Below are positions 47,039 to 58,098 of a stretch of 64,000 bases of DNA, piece by piece. Both the position numbers and the translations under genes were made by a program. Every line of letters starts with the position of its first letter. Positions within the stretch are counted from its first letter, which is position 1. The notes under the pieces were generated by a model, which was not told the DNA's origin, did no database searches, and saw nothing but the letters and a program-made list of their open reading frames with translations. The stretch is taken from the NCBI GenBank assembly GCA_963667175.2, contig CAXXXF010000015.1:224001-288000 (forward strand), given 5' to 3'. Origin of the DNA: Candidatus Latescibacterota bacterium. Its GTDB lineage: Bacteria > Latescibacterota > UBA2968 > GCA-2709665.

Positions 47039-48349
47039 ATGTCTATGTCGATGATCGCATGTCTGTTTCTCTTTATTGCCGTCTTTTTTTTCACGCGAAC
47101 ACGTGAGGCCGCCGCCGAAGTGTCCCTTTCGGCAGGCGCGGCCCGAACCGATATCACGCCCGACCCCGCGATGCCGAACTGGGTGGACGGCAGACCCTAT
47201 GACGGCGTTCTGGATCCGTTGACGCTGCGCGGGCTCGTTCTTTCGGACGGGAAGACCGAGTTCGCCCTGATCTGCTGGGACCTCATCGACGTGACGGAGG
47301 AATGCGCCGCCAGCGTGCGCCGGGCCGTCCACGGCGCAACGGGCATCCCGGATACGCACGTCCTGATGGCCGCCTCGCACACCCACTCGTCGCCCCGGTC
47401 TCCATATGCCGCGTCCACGTTTCCCGGCCGCAAGAGCGAGCGTCTCCGGGGGATTCTGGACGATCCCGTATTCCGGGCATGGAGCGAACGCCTGCCGGGA
47501 CAATGCGCCGACGTCCTCAAACGGGCTCAGGGCCGCCGGCAGCCCGTCACTTTGAACATCGGACGCGCGAACGCCTCGGAATGGCTGTTCAACCGGCGCC
47601 CCCTCGATCCTGACGGCAACGTCGTTACCATGTTTCGCCCCAAAGATCCGCAAACGTTGCCGGACGGCCTGCGTTTCGGACCTCTGGACCCCACCCTGAC
47701 CGTTCTCACCCTTCGGAACGGCGCGGGCGCGAACGTCGCCACCCTGTACAGCGTTCCCTGCCACCCCGTCTCCATCTATCCCCACCACCGCGGCGTCTCG
47801 GCGGACTGGCCCGGGCCGGCCAATGAGCGGGTCTCGGAAGTCCTGGGCGGCGAGACCTTCTTCCTGCAGGGCTGCGCGGGGGACATCGTCCCCGCAAGGC
47901 GAGGGGAAGAAGCGCGCGCGAAAATGGCCCGTTTCTTCGCGAAACGGACCATCGCGGCGGCCCGGATTTCCCACTCCCTGCCGTCGTCGCCCCTGAGAAT
48001 CGCAACCCGGGTCGCCGGCCTGCCTCTCGTATCCGAAGCGCGACAGCAGGCGGGCGCCGACGTCCGGCCGGTCGAACTCCAGGCGGTGGTGTGCGGACCC
48101 TTCGGCCTCGCCGTGATTCCCGGAGAACCCCTGAACGGACTCGCGCGTGAGATTCAGGCTCGTTCACCACTGCCCCACACGCTTGTCATCGGATATGCCA
48201 ATGGCCGCGGGGTGAGTTACGTCGGCCTTCCCGGAGAAAAAGCCAGGGGCGGATACGAGGCAGGCGCCGGCCAGGGTACCGAAGAAGCCGGCGACTTCAT
48301 CGTCCAGACGACGTTGCGGCTGCTCAGCGAAGCGGCGGAAGAAATCTGA
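47039..48349 (+). CDS. Neutral/alkaline ceramidase-like hydrolase, secreted
   Basis: Signal-like N-terminus; DITP, SHTHSSP, NRR, CHP, SADWPG, QGCAGD, PGE; start uncertain. Confidence 0.83.
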   Translation: MSMSMIACLFLFIAVFFFTRTREAAAEVSLSAGAARTDITPDPAMPNWVDGRPYDGVLDPLTLRGLVLSDGKTEFALICWDLIDVTEECAASVRRAVHGATGIPDTHVLMAASHTHSSPRSPYAASTFPGRKSERLRGILDDPVFRAWSERLPGQCADVLKRAQGRRQPVTLNIGRANASEWLFNRRPLDPDGNVVTMFRPKDPQTLPDGLRFGPLDPTLTVLTLRNGAGANVATLYSVPCHPVSIYPHHRGVSADWPGPANERVSEVLGGETFFLQGCAGDIVPARRGEEARAKMARFFAKRTIAAARISHSLPSSPLRIATRVAGLPLVSEARQQAGADVRPVELQAVVCGPFGLAVIPGEPLNGLAREIQARSPLPHTLVIGYANGRGVSYVGLPGEKARGGYEAGAGQGTEEAGDFIVQTTLRLLSEAAEEI

Positions 48350-48392
48350 AAGCGGGGTGAGGGGCCGTGGGGTGAGGGCGCTCTTGATTCAA

Positions 48393-48423
48393 GCTAACTG
48401 CTGACTGCTGAGAGCTGATAGCT
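48393..48423. repeat. 7-nt periodic array (GCTGANN)4
   Basis: GCTAACT GCTGACT GCTGAGA GCTGATA GCT; same unit as at 23950. Confidence 0.7.
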
Positions 48424-48588
48424 TATTCATTTCTGTTCATCCTCGATTCGATGCTGGCGGTCGATGGAATCAAAGAGGGATCTGACGTCGAAGAACCCGC
48501 CGATGCCCACGACAACGGTGACTACCGCGAAGACAAGCAGTCCGAGAACGAGCACGGCGCCCCAGAAAGGAACCCAGAATGCCATGGA

Positions 48589-50142
48589 TCAGGCCTCCTC
48601 TTCTCTGCGTGCGCGGTCCGGAAACAGGAGGGAACCGAGAACCATCAGGACCAGCGCCAGCACGGTCGCGCCAAGGCCGACGTGGGCGCCGGTGAACGCG
48701 TCCAGCCCCAGGGCCCTCTTTACGGGCGTCAAACCGGCCACGGCGGCGGCGCCCGCGACAAGCGCGAGGTATGCGCCGGCGGTACTGGCGCGTTTCCAGT
48801 AGATCCCCGTGAGGAGCAGGGCGAACGCGCCGGTGAAGTAGATCGCGCCGCTCACCAGCATATAGTCCCAGAGGTCCTGGCCAAGCTCGTACCACAGGCC
48901 CCACACGAGCAGAAAAGCGCCGATGACAAAGATGAAGATCCGGGACATCGTCAGGCGGGCGCGGGTGGAAAGGGTATCGCCGGTGGCGGGGGCGACCACG
49001 TCGTGGGTAAGGACCGACGACCAGCAAAGCAGATAGCTGTCGTGGGTGGACATGAAGGCCGCCAGCAGTCCCGCCCCGATGAGGCCGATGAGACCGGCGG
49101 GGAGGATCTGGCTGAGGAAGACGGGCATGGCCAGAAGGGTGAGGTCCGAATTCCCCGTGGGGCCGCCGCCCGGAGAGAAGAAAACCCCGCGGGTCGTCTC
49201 GTCCTGGTAGAGAAAGACAAGAGCGCAGATGCCCAGAAACTGGGGCACCATGAACCGTACCAGAAAACCGATGGAGGACCAGGCGTAGAGTTTCTTCACC
49301 ACGGACGCGTTCTCAGCGGCGCAGGCCCTCATCACGGCGGTCTGCCACACGGCGCAGGAGACGATCCCGGCGGTGAAGATCATCCAGACGACGTACGACG
49401 GACCGAATCCTCCCCCCGCGTGAAGCGGATTGAACCCGGGCTCCCCGTGGATCGCCGCGACGGTATCGACGATTGCCGACCATCCGAGCCTGTCCACGGC
49501 GATCCCGCATGTGAGGATAACACCCACGGATAGCACGATAAACTGGACGTAATCCGTGATGACGACCGAAACCATGCCGCCGAGTATGGTATAGCACAGA
49601 ACCAGCAGGAGCATCACGGTCATGATCAGGGCGACGGACGTGGGATTCGTGATCCCGGTCAGGCCGGCGACGAAGATCGCGCCCGCCTTGAGGAACAGGC
49701 CCATGTTGAGGATGCCGGAAAGGGCGAGCAGCAGGCCGCCGAAGATACGGACGCCGCGACTGAATCGTCTTTCGTAGAATTCGGGAATCGTCATCACGCC
49801 CAGCTCGCGTAGCGGGACCACGATAAATCCGGTGAGGCCGATGATCAGGGTAACGATGCCGGCGATCAGGCCGATGTGAAAGGCCGCGAACCCGCCGGTG
49901 AATCCCTTCTGGGCGGAATACATGACGGTCACGAGCCCGAGTTCGCTTCCGATCATCGTGGCGACGGCCAGGTACGGTTTCAGTGAGCGGCCGGCGACGA
50001 TATAGTCGCTCATGCTGCGGATGTACCGGTTGGCATACAGACCGATGGCGACGGCGCCGAGCATGTACAGGGCGACAATTGCCCAATCGACGGAGCCGAA
50101 GTTGGAACTGATGCCGGTCAGGAGATCGGATGACATTTGCAA
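48589..50142 (-). CDS. Sodium:solute symporter family transporter
   Basis: DYIVAGRSL, TIPEFYERRF, GGMVSVVITDYVQ, AAFMST; many TM helices. Confidence 0.93.
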   Translation of the reverse strand: MQMSSDLLTGISSNFGSVDWAIVALYMLGAVAIGLYANRYIRSMSDYIVAGRSLKPYLAVATMIGSELGLVTVMYSAQKGFTGGFAAFHIGLIAGIVTLIIGLTGFIVVPLRELGVMTIPEFYERRFSRGVRIFGGLLLALSGILNMGLFLKAGAIFVAGLTGITNPTSVALIMTVMLLLVLCYTILGGMVSVVITDYVQFIVLSVGVILTCGIAVDRLGWSAIVDTVAAIHGEPGFNPLHAGGGFGPSYVVWMIFTAGIVSCAVWQTAVMRACAAENASVVKKLYAWSSIGFLVRFMVPQFLGICALVFLYQDETTRGVFFSPGGGPTGNSDLTLLAMPVFLSQILPAGLIGLIGAGLLAAFMSTHDSYLLCWSSVLTHDVVAPATGDTLSTRARLTMSRIFIFVIGAFLLVWGLWYELGQDLWDYMLVSGAIYFTGAFALLLTGIYWKRASTAGAYLALVAGAAAVAGLTPVKRALGLDAFTGAHVGLGATVLALVLMVLGSLLFPDRARREEEA

Positions 50143-50154
50143 TACTCAAGGGAG

Positions 50155-50193
50155 TCCGGAAAAGCACAAAGCCCTTTCCGGATTTTTTTTTTT
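50155..50193 (+). terminator. Hairpin with T-tract oriented against the flanking minus-strand genes
   Basis: TCCGGAAA..G/C..TTTCCGGA followed by a long T run. Confidence 0.5.
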
Positions 50194-50199
50194 GTCACA

Positions 50200-50817
50200 T
50201 CAAGGCCAGTTGGGGCGTTCCATCGAGAAGGAGTCGTCGACGCACACGTAGTCCAGGTACCCGAGGCGCCCCACGGGTCTCAAAGCCACGGTGTCGACGC
50301 GGCCGTCCTTTATTGCCCAATCCGCAATATGAATGCCGATCACCTGACCGAAAACGACCGTGTTCGGATCGTCCGGAACGTCGGTCGGCAGGTCCACGGT
50401 ACGGGTGTGGATACATTCCAGATGGACCGGACTTTCCGCCACGCGGGGAGGTTTTACGAGTTCTGACGGCGCCTGCGTGACGCCCGCGTACTCGAACTCG
50501 TCGACGTGTCCGGGCGCGGGCACGGCAGTGGCGTTCATCTGGGTGCGAAGCGCCCAGGTGGCGAGGTTGACCACGAATTCGCCGGTTTCCCGGGCGTTCC
50601 TTATCGAATCCTTCAGCCCGCCATGGGAGTGCGTGGTCGTTGCGGCGAACATGACCTGCGGGGGTGTGTAGGCCACCGCGTTGAAAAACGAGTACGGGGC
50701 CAGGTTGACCGTACCCCGTGCGTCGATGGATGAAATCCATCCGATCGGTCGCGGCACGACGATGGCGTTGAAGGGATCGCGGGGCAGGCCGTGGTTTTCA
50801 GACGTCCTGTAAAACAT
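50200..50817 (-). CDS. Flavin reductase-like (DIM6/NTAB) protein
   Basis: VPRPIGWIS, NLAPYSFFN, KDS..N...GEFVVN, RLGY..Y. Confidence 0.92.
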   Translation of the reverse strand: MFYRTSENHGLPRDPFNAIVVPRPIGWISSIDARGTVNLAPYSFFNAVAYTPPQVMFAATTTHSHGGLKDSIRNARETGEFVVNLATWALRTQMNATAVPAPGHVDEFEYAGVTQAPSELVKPPRVAESPVHLECIHTRTVDLPTDVPDDPNTVVFGQVIGIHIADWAIKDGRVDTVALRPVGRLGYLDYVCVDDSFSMERPNWP

Positions 50818-50957
50818 GCTCGCGGCCTCCCATACCGGAGGTTTACCTCAAATCGAATGATGACAACCGTTAAATTGGCCACAAAAAGCACAAAAGGCAC
50901 AGAAGGTCTCGGTGCAAAACGGCGAGAAGGTCTAGTTCGTCTTCCTTGTAGCTGGGG

Positions 50958-51965
50958 CTATTTCCATTTGAAAACGACGCCCAGCGCGTCACCGGGATCG
51001 TCGGCGAGCATGGTGTAGATTTCCTGGCACTGTTCCGGATCCGCGACGTGGGTGATCAGGTCTTCCACGGGCAACCTGCCCTCTCCCATCAGGCGCATCA
51101 CCAGCGCCCGGTCCCGTTCCTTCGCCCACCGGTAGTAGATGTGATCGGCCTCCGGCGTTTTGGGCTGGTGGGCGCCCAGGATGCTGACTTCCCTCAGGTG
51201 TACGTCGGCCAGAAAATCCATGTCGACGGCGCCGCGCGGGGAACCCAGTGCGACCACACGCCCTGCCGTGCACGCAAGCCGGACGGCGGTGGGATAAACC
51301 GCGGGTTTTCCGGTCGCTTCGATCACGACGTTGGCGCCGTCTTCCACGCAGTGTCCGCCGATCGCGTCCCTGACGTCGTCCACGTCGCCGGGATTGATGC
51401 AGAACCCGGCGCCGCGGCGACGGGCCGCGTCCAGGCGGAAACCGTCCAGGTCGACGGCGATCACCGGGAGGGCGCCGGAGAGCCGCGCGAGGGTCGCCGC
51501 GAGCTGACCGACGATTCCCAGGCCGATGACGACCACGACCTCGCCCAGTTCAATGCGCGCCACACGGATTCCGTGGATGGCGATTGCGCCCATGACCATA
51601 AAGGCGGCGGCTTGCGATGACACGGCGTCGGGGACTTTCCGATGGAAGGACCTGGGGCCCGAGAGGACGGAATGGCTCGCGTGATTCCCCTGTCCGGCAA
51701 CGCGGTCGCCGGGGCGGATGCCCTCAACGTCCCTGCCGACTTCCAGGACCGTGCCGACGTTGCAATAGCCGGCGCCGCGGGGGAAACGGACCGGGTTACC
51801 GGGTTCGCCTCCATGCGTCCAGCCGTGGATCTCGGTTCCGACGCTGACGGCGGTGTACTCGTTTTCGATAAGGACACCGTCATCCGGTACAGGCCCGGTC
51901 TCGAGGGACGCGACTTCCATCCGGCGAATGCCGGGAATGAGGAGACGTCTGGCTTTCATCTGCAA
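50958..51965 (-). CDS. MDR-family (zinc-binding-type) dehydrogenase
   Basis: SVGTE, GYCNVG, GLGIVGQL, IEATG. Confidence 0.88.
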   Translation of the reverse strand: MQMKARRLLIPGIRRMEVASLETGPVPDDGVLIENEYTAVSVGTEIHGWTHGGEPGNPVRFPRGAGYCNVGTVLEVGRDVEGIRPGDRVAGQGNHASHSVLSGPRSFHRKVPDAVSSQAAAFMVMGAIAIHGIRVARIELGEVVVVIGLGIVGQLAATLARLSGALPVIAVDLDGFRLDAARRRGAGFCINPGDVDDVRDAIGGHCVEDGANVVIEATGKPAVYPTAVRLACTAGRVVALGSPRGAVDMDFLADVHLREVSILGAHQPKTPEADHIYYRWAKERDRALVMRLMGEGRLPVEDLITHVADPEQCQEIYTMLADDPGDALGVVFKWK

Positions 51966-52045
51966 GTCCTTTCATAATGGTCGATCGCGGACACGACGGG
52001 AAATGGTGACGGGCGCAGGAACCCGCCGGTCGGCGGGCGCGGTTT

Positions 52046-53083
52046 CTACGCCTGCCCGCGGTCCAGAGTCCCGCGGAAGAGTCGAAGGAAGTTGCCGCCC
52101 CAGACCTTGCGGATTTCGTTTTCCGAGAGGCCGCGGGCGAGCATGGCGCGGGTGAGCCGCACGAGCTTTGAGACGTCTCCGAAAACCGGAGTGGCCGAAC
52201 CCATGCCGTCGTAGTCGGAGCCGATGGCAACGTGGTCGATGCCCACCAGGTCCGCCACGTAACAGATATGGTCGACCATTCGATCCGCGGAAGGGTTTTC
52301 CGGATCGATAAAGCCCGGGAGAAACGCAATCCCCATCACCCCGCCGGCCCCGGCCAGCGCCCTGAGTTGATCGTCGGTCAGGCAGCGCCAGTGGTTGCAA
52401 ACGGAGAAGGCCGCGGTGTGGGTCATCGTTACCGGTAGCGAAGACTGCTCCAGAACCTGGTAGAAAGCCCTGTCGTTAATGTGGGCCAGGTCCGTGATGA
52501 TGCCCAGCCGGTTGCTCTCCTCAAGTACGGCTCTGCCAAAGTCCGTCAACCCGCCGGCGCTTCCGCGTTCCCGATCGCGGTCTTCAGGCGCGCACGGCCC
52601 GAACGGACTTCTGCTGCCCTGCAGCAAGGTCGGGTCGTTACCGCCTTCGCCGTGGGTGATTCCAATGCAGCGAACTCCCAGGCGGTAGTAAAGGCGCAAT
52701 GTGTCCATCTCTCCTTCCAGCCAGCGTCCGGCGCCTTCGATTGTAAGCAGGATGCCGATTTTGCCGGTTTCTCTCGCCCGTTCAACGTCCCGTGACGAGA
52801 ACACCAGCATCAGGTCATCGGGATAGAGCTCCACCGACGCAAGGGTCTGTTCCAGGGTAACCCGGACGTTTGCCGTGGGACCGTTGCCGACCACGAAAAA
52901 GCCGGCGTCGAACCCGCCCTCTTTCATCCGGTGAATGTCCATATGGTAGGCATCGTCCGGTTTTTTCAGGTCCATCGGACGTTCGCCCCGGTGCACGCGC
53001 TCCACGGGCGTGTCGTTGTGGCCGTCGACGATCAGGCACCTGTCGTGGACCGCCTGCGCTTCTTCAAGGGTGATTTCCGGCAT
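52046..53083 (-). CDS. Membrane dipeptidase (M19 family)
   Basis: DGHND, TIEG, DLAH, TH, R.LTD, IGSDYDG, GGNFLR. Confidence 0.92.
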   Translation of the reverse strand: MPEITLEEAQAVHDRCLIVDGHNDTPVERVHRGERPMDLKKPDDAYHMDIHRMKEGGFDAGFFVVGNGPTANVRVTLEQTLASVELYPDDLMLVFSSRDVERARETGKIGILLTIEGAGRWLEGEMDTLRLYYRLGVRCIGITHGEGGNDPTLLQGSRSPFGPCAPEDRDRERGSAGGLTDFGRAVLEESNRLGIITDLAHINDRAFYQVLEQSSLPVTMTHTAAFSVCNHWRCLTDDQLRALAGAGGVMGIAFLPGFIDPENPSADRMVDHICYVADLVGIDHVAIGSDYDGMGSATPVFGDVSKLVRLTRAMLARGLSENEIRKVWGGNFLRLFRGTLDRGQA

Positions 53084-53153
53084 GACGAATTTCCTCTGCT
53101 GAACGTGGACGGTGAGGTTCCAGCGGGTCGGACATGCGCCGGTTCAGTACCGA

Positions 53154-54476
53154 CTACGGCGGATCGACGGGTACTTTCTGGTTCTTGCGGACCAGCGGAT
53201 CGTACGTGAATCCGTCGGAGCGTTTTTCGAACTCCGCGCGCGCCTTCTTCAGGAGATCCGGATTCCCGCAGAGATCGATCGCGCTTCCGGCAAAAACCTT
53301 GGCGGTCTGCCGGACGGCGCGTTCGGCGAAAGGCAGGGCGGCCTGCGCGGCCATGTCCCGGTGGTGTCCGGGCGTTCCCTTTGCGTAACAGACCATCTCG
53401 AAGCGACCCAGGGGCGCCAGCCATGAAACATTGTCCTCGTCGGTAGACCCCCTGCCCTGCGAGCCGCTGCCCTTGCCGATCTTCGTATTGAATCCCTTCT
53501 TGAATCCCAGGGCTTCGGCGCGCTCCCTGTCGGCTTCCGTGGGTTTGGGCGGCCCGAAGCGTTTCAGGTTTTCACGTACGATCTCACACATCGCCTTGTT
53601 GGGCAGACGGGGGTATACGGCGGTGATGCGAGACCATTTCATCTTCGTGTCCGTGGCTCTGGCGGCGCCCCGTGCGCATGCGGTGAGACGCTCGCGCACG
53701 TCGTCGACCTGCTTGCGGTCTTTCCCCCGTACGAAGTACCAGATTTTCGCATAGGCCGGCACCACGTTGGGTGCGTCGCCTCCATCGCGGATCACGGAAT
53801 GGATCCTGACGTTTTCGGGGACATGCTCCCGGAGATAGTTGGCGGCAATATCCGTGAGCATCACCCCGTCCAGCGCGCTGCGGCCCCGGTGGGCCGACGC
53901 CCCGTGGGCGGTACGTCCGAAGAATTCGTAGACGACGGAGTCCAGCGACGAACCCCCGAAATTATCGACGCCGGAAGAGTTTCCCGGATGCCAGGCGAGG
54001 CAGGCGTCCAGGTCCCGGAACGCGCCGTCGCGGGCCATATAGACTTTGCCGGCCAGCGTCTCTTCCGCCGGGCAGCCGTAGTAGACGATTTTTCCGGATG
54101 TGCCGGTTGATTCGAGAATCTTCGCAGCGGCGACCGCACCCACGGCCGGGGCAACGCCCAGGAGGTTGTGGCCTCAGCCGTGACCCCATTGCCCCTCCTC
54201 GGGACCGCAGTTGGGCAGCGCATCGTATTCGCCGAGCATCCCTACCGCCGGCTTGCCGGCGCCGCTGGTCGCGCGAAATGCCGTGGGGATATTCTTGAAC
54301 GGGAACTCGACGTCGAAGCCGCGCGAGGCCAGGTAGTCCGCGATGGCCCGGGAGGATTTAACCTCCCGGAACGGCCGTTCCGCCCAGGCGTGCACCCGGC
54401 CGGAGAGGTCCCTGGCCCGCTTCGACTCGGCAGCGACGGCGCGATTGACGAGACGCTTCTTGTCTTTCGGCTTCAT
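53154..54476 (-). CDS. M20D amidohydrolase (AbgB-like) with in-frame TGA at the conserved Cys (putative selenocysteine, residue 101)
   Basis: The ORFs 54174-54476 and 53154-54143 are in one frame: GEYDALP...GHG-TGA-GHNLLG...GCPAEE...WHP...GSTD; family consensus is GHGCGHN. Confidence 0.8.
54140..54173 (-). promoter_or_regulatory. Putative bacterial SECIS element
   Basis: GGGC-GUU-GCCC hairpin with the loop starting 19 nt after the UGA, extended by CC/GG and CCAC/GUGG pairs. Confidence 0.5.
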
Positions 54477-54567
54477 GAGATTTCCCTTTCCATCCTGTCC
54501 ATGTTAATTCCGATTCTTGTACCGAATGTATTATTACGGGGAGTACCGTATCGTTTACATCCTCCAC

Positions 54568-54629
54568 TCTTCTTTGGTGGGCCTGGATGTCGACGATCTG
54601 CCGCTCCTGAGAATAAACGGAAGCTGACA
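54568..54629 (+). repeat. Left half of intron-interrupted dispersed repeat (5' exon; IBS1 GCTGACA)
   Basis: 53/63 match to the reverse complement of 63938-64000. Confidence 0.85.
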
Positions 54630-55390
<761 letters not shown>

Positions 55391-55444
55391 ACTGCTCTTC
55401 CTGACCACTGGCCACTGTCCACTATTTACTGCTCCTGGTATTAA
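55391..55444 (+). repeat. Right half of intron-interrupted dispersed repeat, containing (CCACTNN)3
   Basis: 51/54 match to the reverse complement of 63884-63937. Confidence 0.88.
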
Positions 55445-56529
55445 AGACTCGCGACGGCATCGGCCACCGCATCGCCCGCCTCGCGCGTCTCGGCGGCGCC
55501 TCCCAGGTCAGCGGGGTGGTTCTTCGGACTCTCCAGCGTTCGATCCACGGCGCGGTCAATTGTCTCCGAGGCGGCGGCGGCTTCGGGATCGTTGTGGCGC
55601 GCACCCAGCCAGGACAGCATCATTCCCGCCGACAGGATCTGAGCCATGGGGTTGGCAACACCCTCCCCCGCGATATCGGGGGCGGTACCGTGGGATGGTT
55701 GAAAGACGCCGTAGCGGTCGCCCACGTCCGCGGACGGCGCCATCCCCATTCCGCCGATGGTGGCGGCGGCCAGGTCGGAGATGATATCACCGAACATATT
55801 TTCCGCGACGACGACGTCGTACCAGCCGGGGTTGCGCAGCTGGTACACGGTGAACGCATCCACGTAGGCATAGTCCCGTTCGACGTCGGGATAGGTTGCC
55901 GCGGTCTCGTCGTAGATCTGCCGGAAGAACGCCATGCTCTTCAGAATGTTGGCCTTGTCGACCGAGGTGACGCGGCTGGCGCCGTCCGAGGGCGCTCCCT
56001 TGCGCTGCCTTGCGATTTCAAAGGCGTACCGGACGATCCGCTCGGTGCCGGCGCGGGTGATCACCATGTTGTCCACGGCGAGGCTGTCACCGACGCGAAC
56101 CCCGGCGCCGCGGGAGGCATAGAGGCCCTCTGTATTCTCACGCAGGATGACGTAATCGAGCGGCGGATCTCCATCGAGAAGCGGAGGCACGCCGCGGTAT
56201 TTCTTGATGGGCCGGATCCCGGCGTAAAGGTCCAGTTCGAAGCGGAGCGTCAGTTGGGGCGCGATTTCCGTTCCGTCGGGAAAGCGGACGTCCGGATCGC
56301 CGGCCGAGCCGAAGAGCACGGCATCGGCCTGTTTGCAGGCTTCGAGCGTGGATTCCGGGAGGTCTTCGCCGGTCTCAGCGTAACACCCGGCGCCCACCGG
56401 ATGTTCGGAAAACGTGAATCGAAGGTCGGGATGCGGCTCCTCCAGGGCGAGGAGCACTTTGAGCGATTCCGCGACCACTTCCGGGCCGACGCCGTCTCCG
56501 GGGAGCACCGCAATGTTGTACGTTGGCAT
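55441..56529 (-). CDS. Isocitrate/isopropylmalate/tartrate dehydrogenase family (LeuB-like)
   Basis: LPGDGVGPEV, RENTEGLY, DKAN, NMFGDIISD, PSHGTAPDIAG, ANP. Confidence 0.92.
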   Translation of the reverse strand: MPTYNIAVLPGDGVGPEVVAESLKVLLALEEPHPDLRFTFSEHPVGAGCYAETGEDLPESTLEACKQADAVLFGSAGDPDVRFPDGTEIAPQLTLRFELDLYAGIRPIKKYRGVPPLLDGDPPLDYVILRENTEGLYASRGAGVRVGDSLAVDNMVITRAGTERIVRYAFEIARQRKGAPSDGASRVTSVDKANILKSMAFFRQIYDETAATYPDVERDYAYVDAFTVYQLRNPGWYDVVVAENMFGDIISDLAAATIGGMGMAPSADVGDRYGVFQPSHGTAPDIAGEGVANPMAQILSAGMMLSWLGARHNDPEAAAASETIDRAVDRTLESPKNHPADLGGAAETREAGDAVADAVASL

Positions 56530-56539
56530 TCCCGTCCTT

Positions 56540-57718
56540 TCAGGGGATGAAGTTCTGTGAAGGGCGGCGAGGACGCTGGCGATCGTGAATGCCGATGCGG
56601 AATCCGCCCTCGGACTTCACGCCCCGTTCCAGTACGTCCGGTTCGACGTCGAATCCCGCGCCGGGCGTTTCAGGGACGACCAGCCTGCCGTTTCGCGTCC
56701 GCCATCCGTCCAGGACGATGCCCGGCATGTCCGCGGGGGCCGCTTCCAGGAGGCTGAAGTTGGGAATGGACGCGGCGAAATGGGCATGGGCGTACCGTTC
56801 GATGACGCTGCCCCAGCAATGGGGCGCGCACGTCGCGCCCCATTGCTGGATTCGGTCCGCCGTGGCTTTCCACCAGGTAAGCCCCTTGTCGCGGAAGTCG
56901 TGCTGCACGACGTCAATCCATCCCTTTTCCACCATATGGAAGAAGTCGGGCGGAGGCGGCCCGGATTCACCGTCGGCAACGAGCGTGTCGTAGCCTCTCC
57001 GGTCGATGGCTTCCTTAAAGGCCTCATTGAACGCCCGGTCTTCGGGAAAGGGCTCTTCGAACCAGTAGATCCCCGCGTCCCGGCAGCGTTCGAGAATGTC
57101 CAGTGCGATATTGAGCGTGGCGCCGTTGTTGGCGTCAACGAGAATCTTCGCGTCCGGTCCCGCGGCTTCCCGGACCGCGTGGATCACCAGCACGTCCCTG
57201 TCGGCGCCTTCGCGAACCGGCATCCAGCGCGCGCCGCGCCCGATTTTGATTTTGAAATTGCGGTAGCCGGCATCGCGCCCGGTCCGGACTTCCTCGTGGA
57301 AGATTCGCCGCGCCCCGTCGTCGTTGGTTTCCAGATCGTCAATGTAGATGGAGCCGTCGTAGAGTTCCACTTCACGGGCGCCGCGCGCGCCCAGGAGATG
57401 GAAAAGGGGCGTCCCTTCACATCTGGCGGCCAGGTCCCACAGAGGCAGATCGATTGGCGCGCCCTCGGCGGTTGACCCGCCTGGAAGGTCAAAGAGCGCC
57501 GAGGGGCGCATTCCGAGCAGTGCTTCGGCGCGCTCCCTGTCAATGGCAGACCAGCCGATGCCCACGGCGCCGCCCGTGGTGCAGATGCGCACAACAGGAT
57601 CGGTGACGGCGGGACCATGGACGCCGATGCGGGCGTTGGATCCCACGACGCGCGGGCGCTTTCCGTGCAGTACGACTTTTTCGATCCTGGCGATCGGGTC
57701 GGAAAAAGCAATTGACAT
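56540..57718 (-). CDS. Mandelate racemase/enolase-superfamily protein
   Basis: DLPLWDL, FKIKIG, DAN, WFEEP, DGE, PHCW. Confidence 0.85.
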   Translation of the reverse strand: MSIAFSDPIARIEKVVLHGKRPRVVGSNARIGVHGPAVTDPVVRICTTGGAVGIGWSAIDRERAEALLGMRPSALFDLPGGSTAEGAPIDLPLWDLAARCEGTPLFHLLGARGAREVELYDGSIYIDDLETNDDGARRIFHEEVRTGRDAGYRNFKIKIGRGARWMPVREGADRDVLVIHAVREAAGPDAKILVDANNGATLNIALDILERCRDAGIYWFEEPFPEDRAFNEAFKEAIDRRGYDTLVADGESGPPPPDFFHMVEKGWIDVVQHDFRDKGLTWWKATADRIQQWGATCAPHCWGSVIERYAHAHFAASIPNFSLLEAAPADMPGIVLDGWRTRNGRLVVPETPGAGFDVEPDVLERGVKSEGGFRIGIHDRQRPRRPSQNFIP

Positions 57719-57837
57719 GAAGGGCTACCGGGATCCGGGATGGGTGTACGATCCGGTAAAGTAAGCCAAAAACCGGTGGTTGGAAATCAAAAAAGCCGGC
57801 GTTACAGGGCCTCTCAATCGCACGCGGCAATTAAGTC

Positions 57838-57866
57838 TTGACGGACGCTACAAGATGTAGTACTAT
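57838..57866 (+). promoter_or_regulatory. Sigma70-type promoter upstream of smc
   Basis: TTGACG-17 bp-TACTAT. Confidence 0.55.
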
Positions 57867-58098
57867 TCAGACACCGCAACGGATTATTCCCCAATCTGTT
57901 GCGTATTCCTCACCTCCCCATCGATCCCCGTCTCGTTTTTATTTTCGTGATACCAAACTCATAGCGAACGTCCTCGCGGTCCGGGTGGCGACGTGGCGGA
58001 CAGGAATGCTTGTCGTTCCTGCCGTGCTGCTGCGCCTCTTGGTTTCGTTGCGTGCGCCCGTACCGGCCGGACGTTTGTGCTTTTCAGGGGGCGGAACC

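Noticed and set aside
54143-54176. Frameshift or two-gene reading of the AbgB-like locus
   Set aside because: Both parts are in one frame and the conserved motif runs through a single TGA; a nonsense mutation remains possible but a frameshift does not.
54532-54627. YYGEYRIVYIL peptide resembling a RelE/ParE toxin fragment
   Set aside because: Too short, no clear start, and the frame is not preserved in the second repeat copy.
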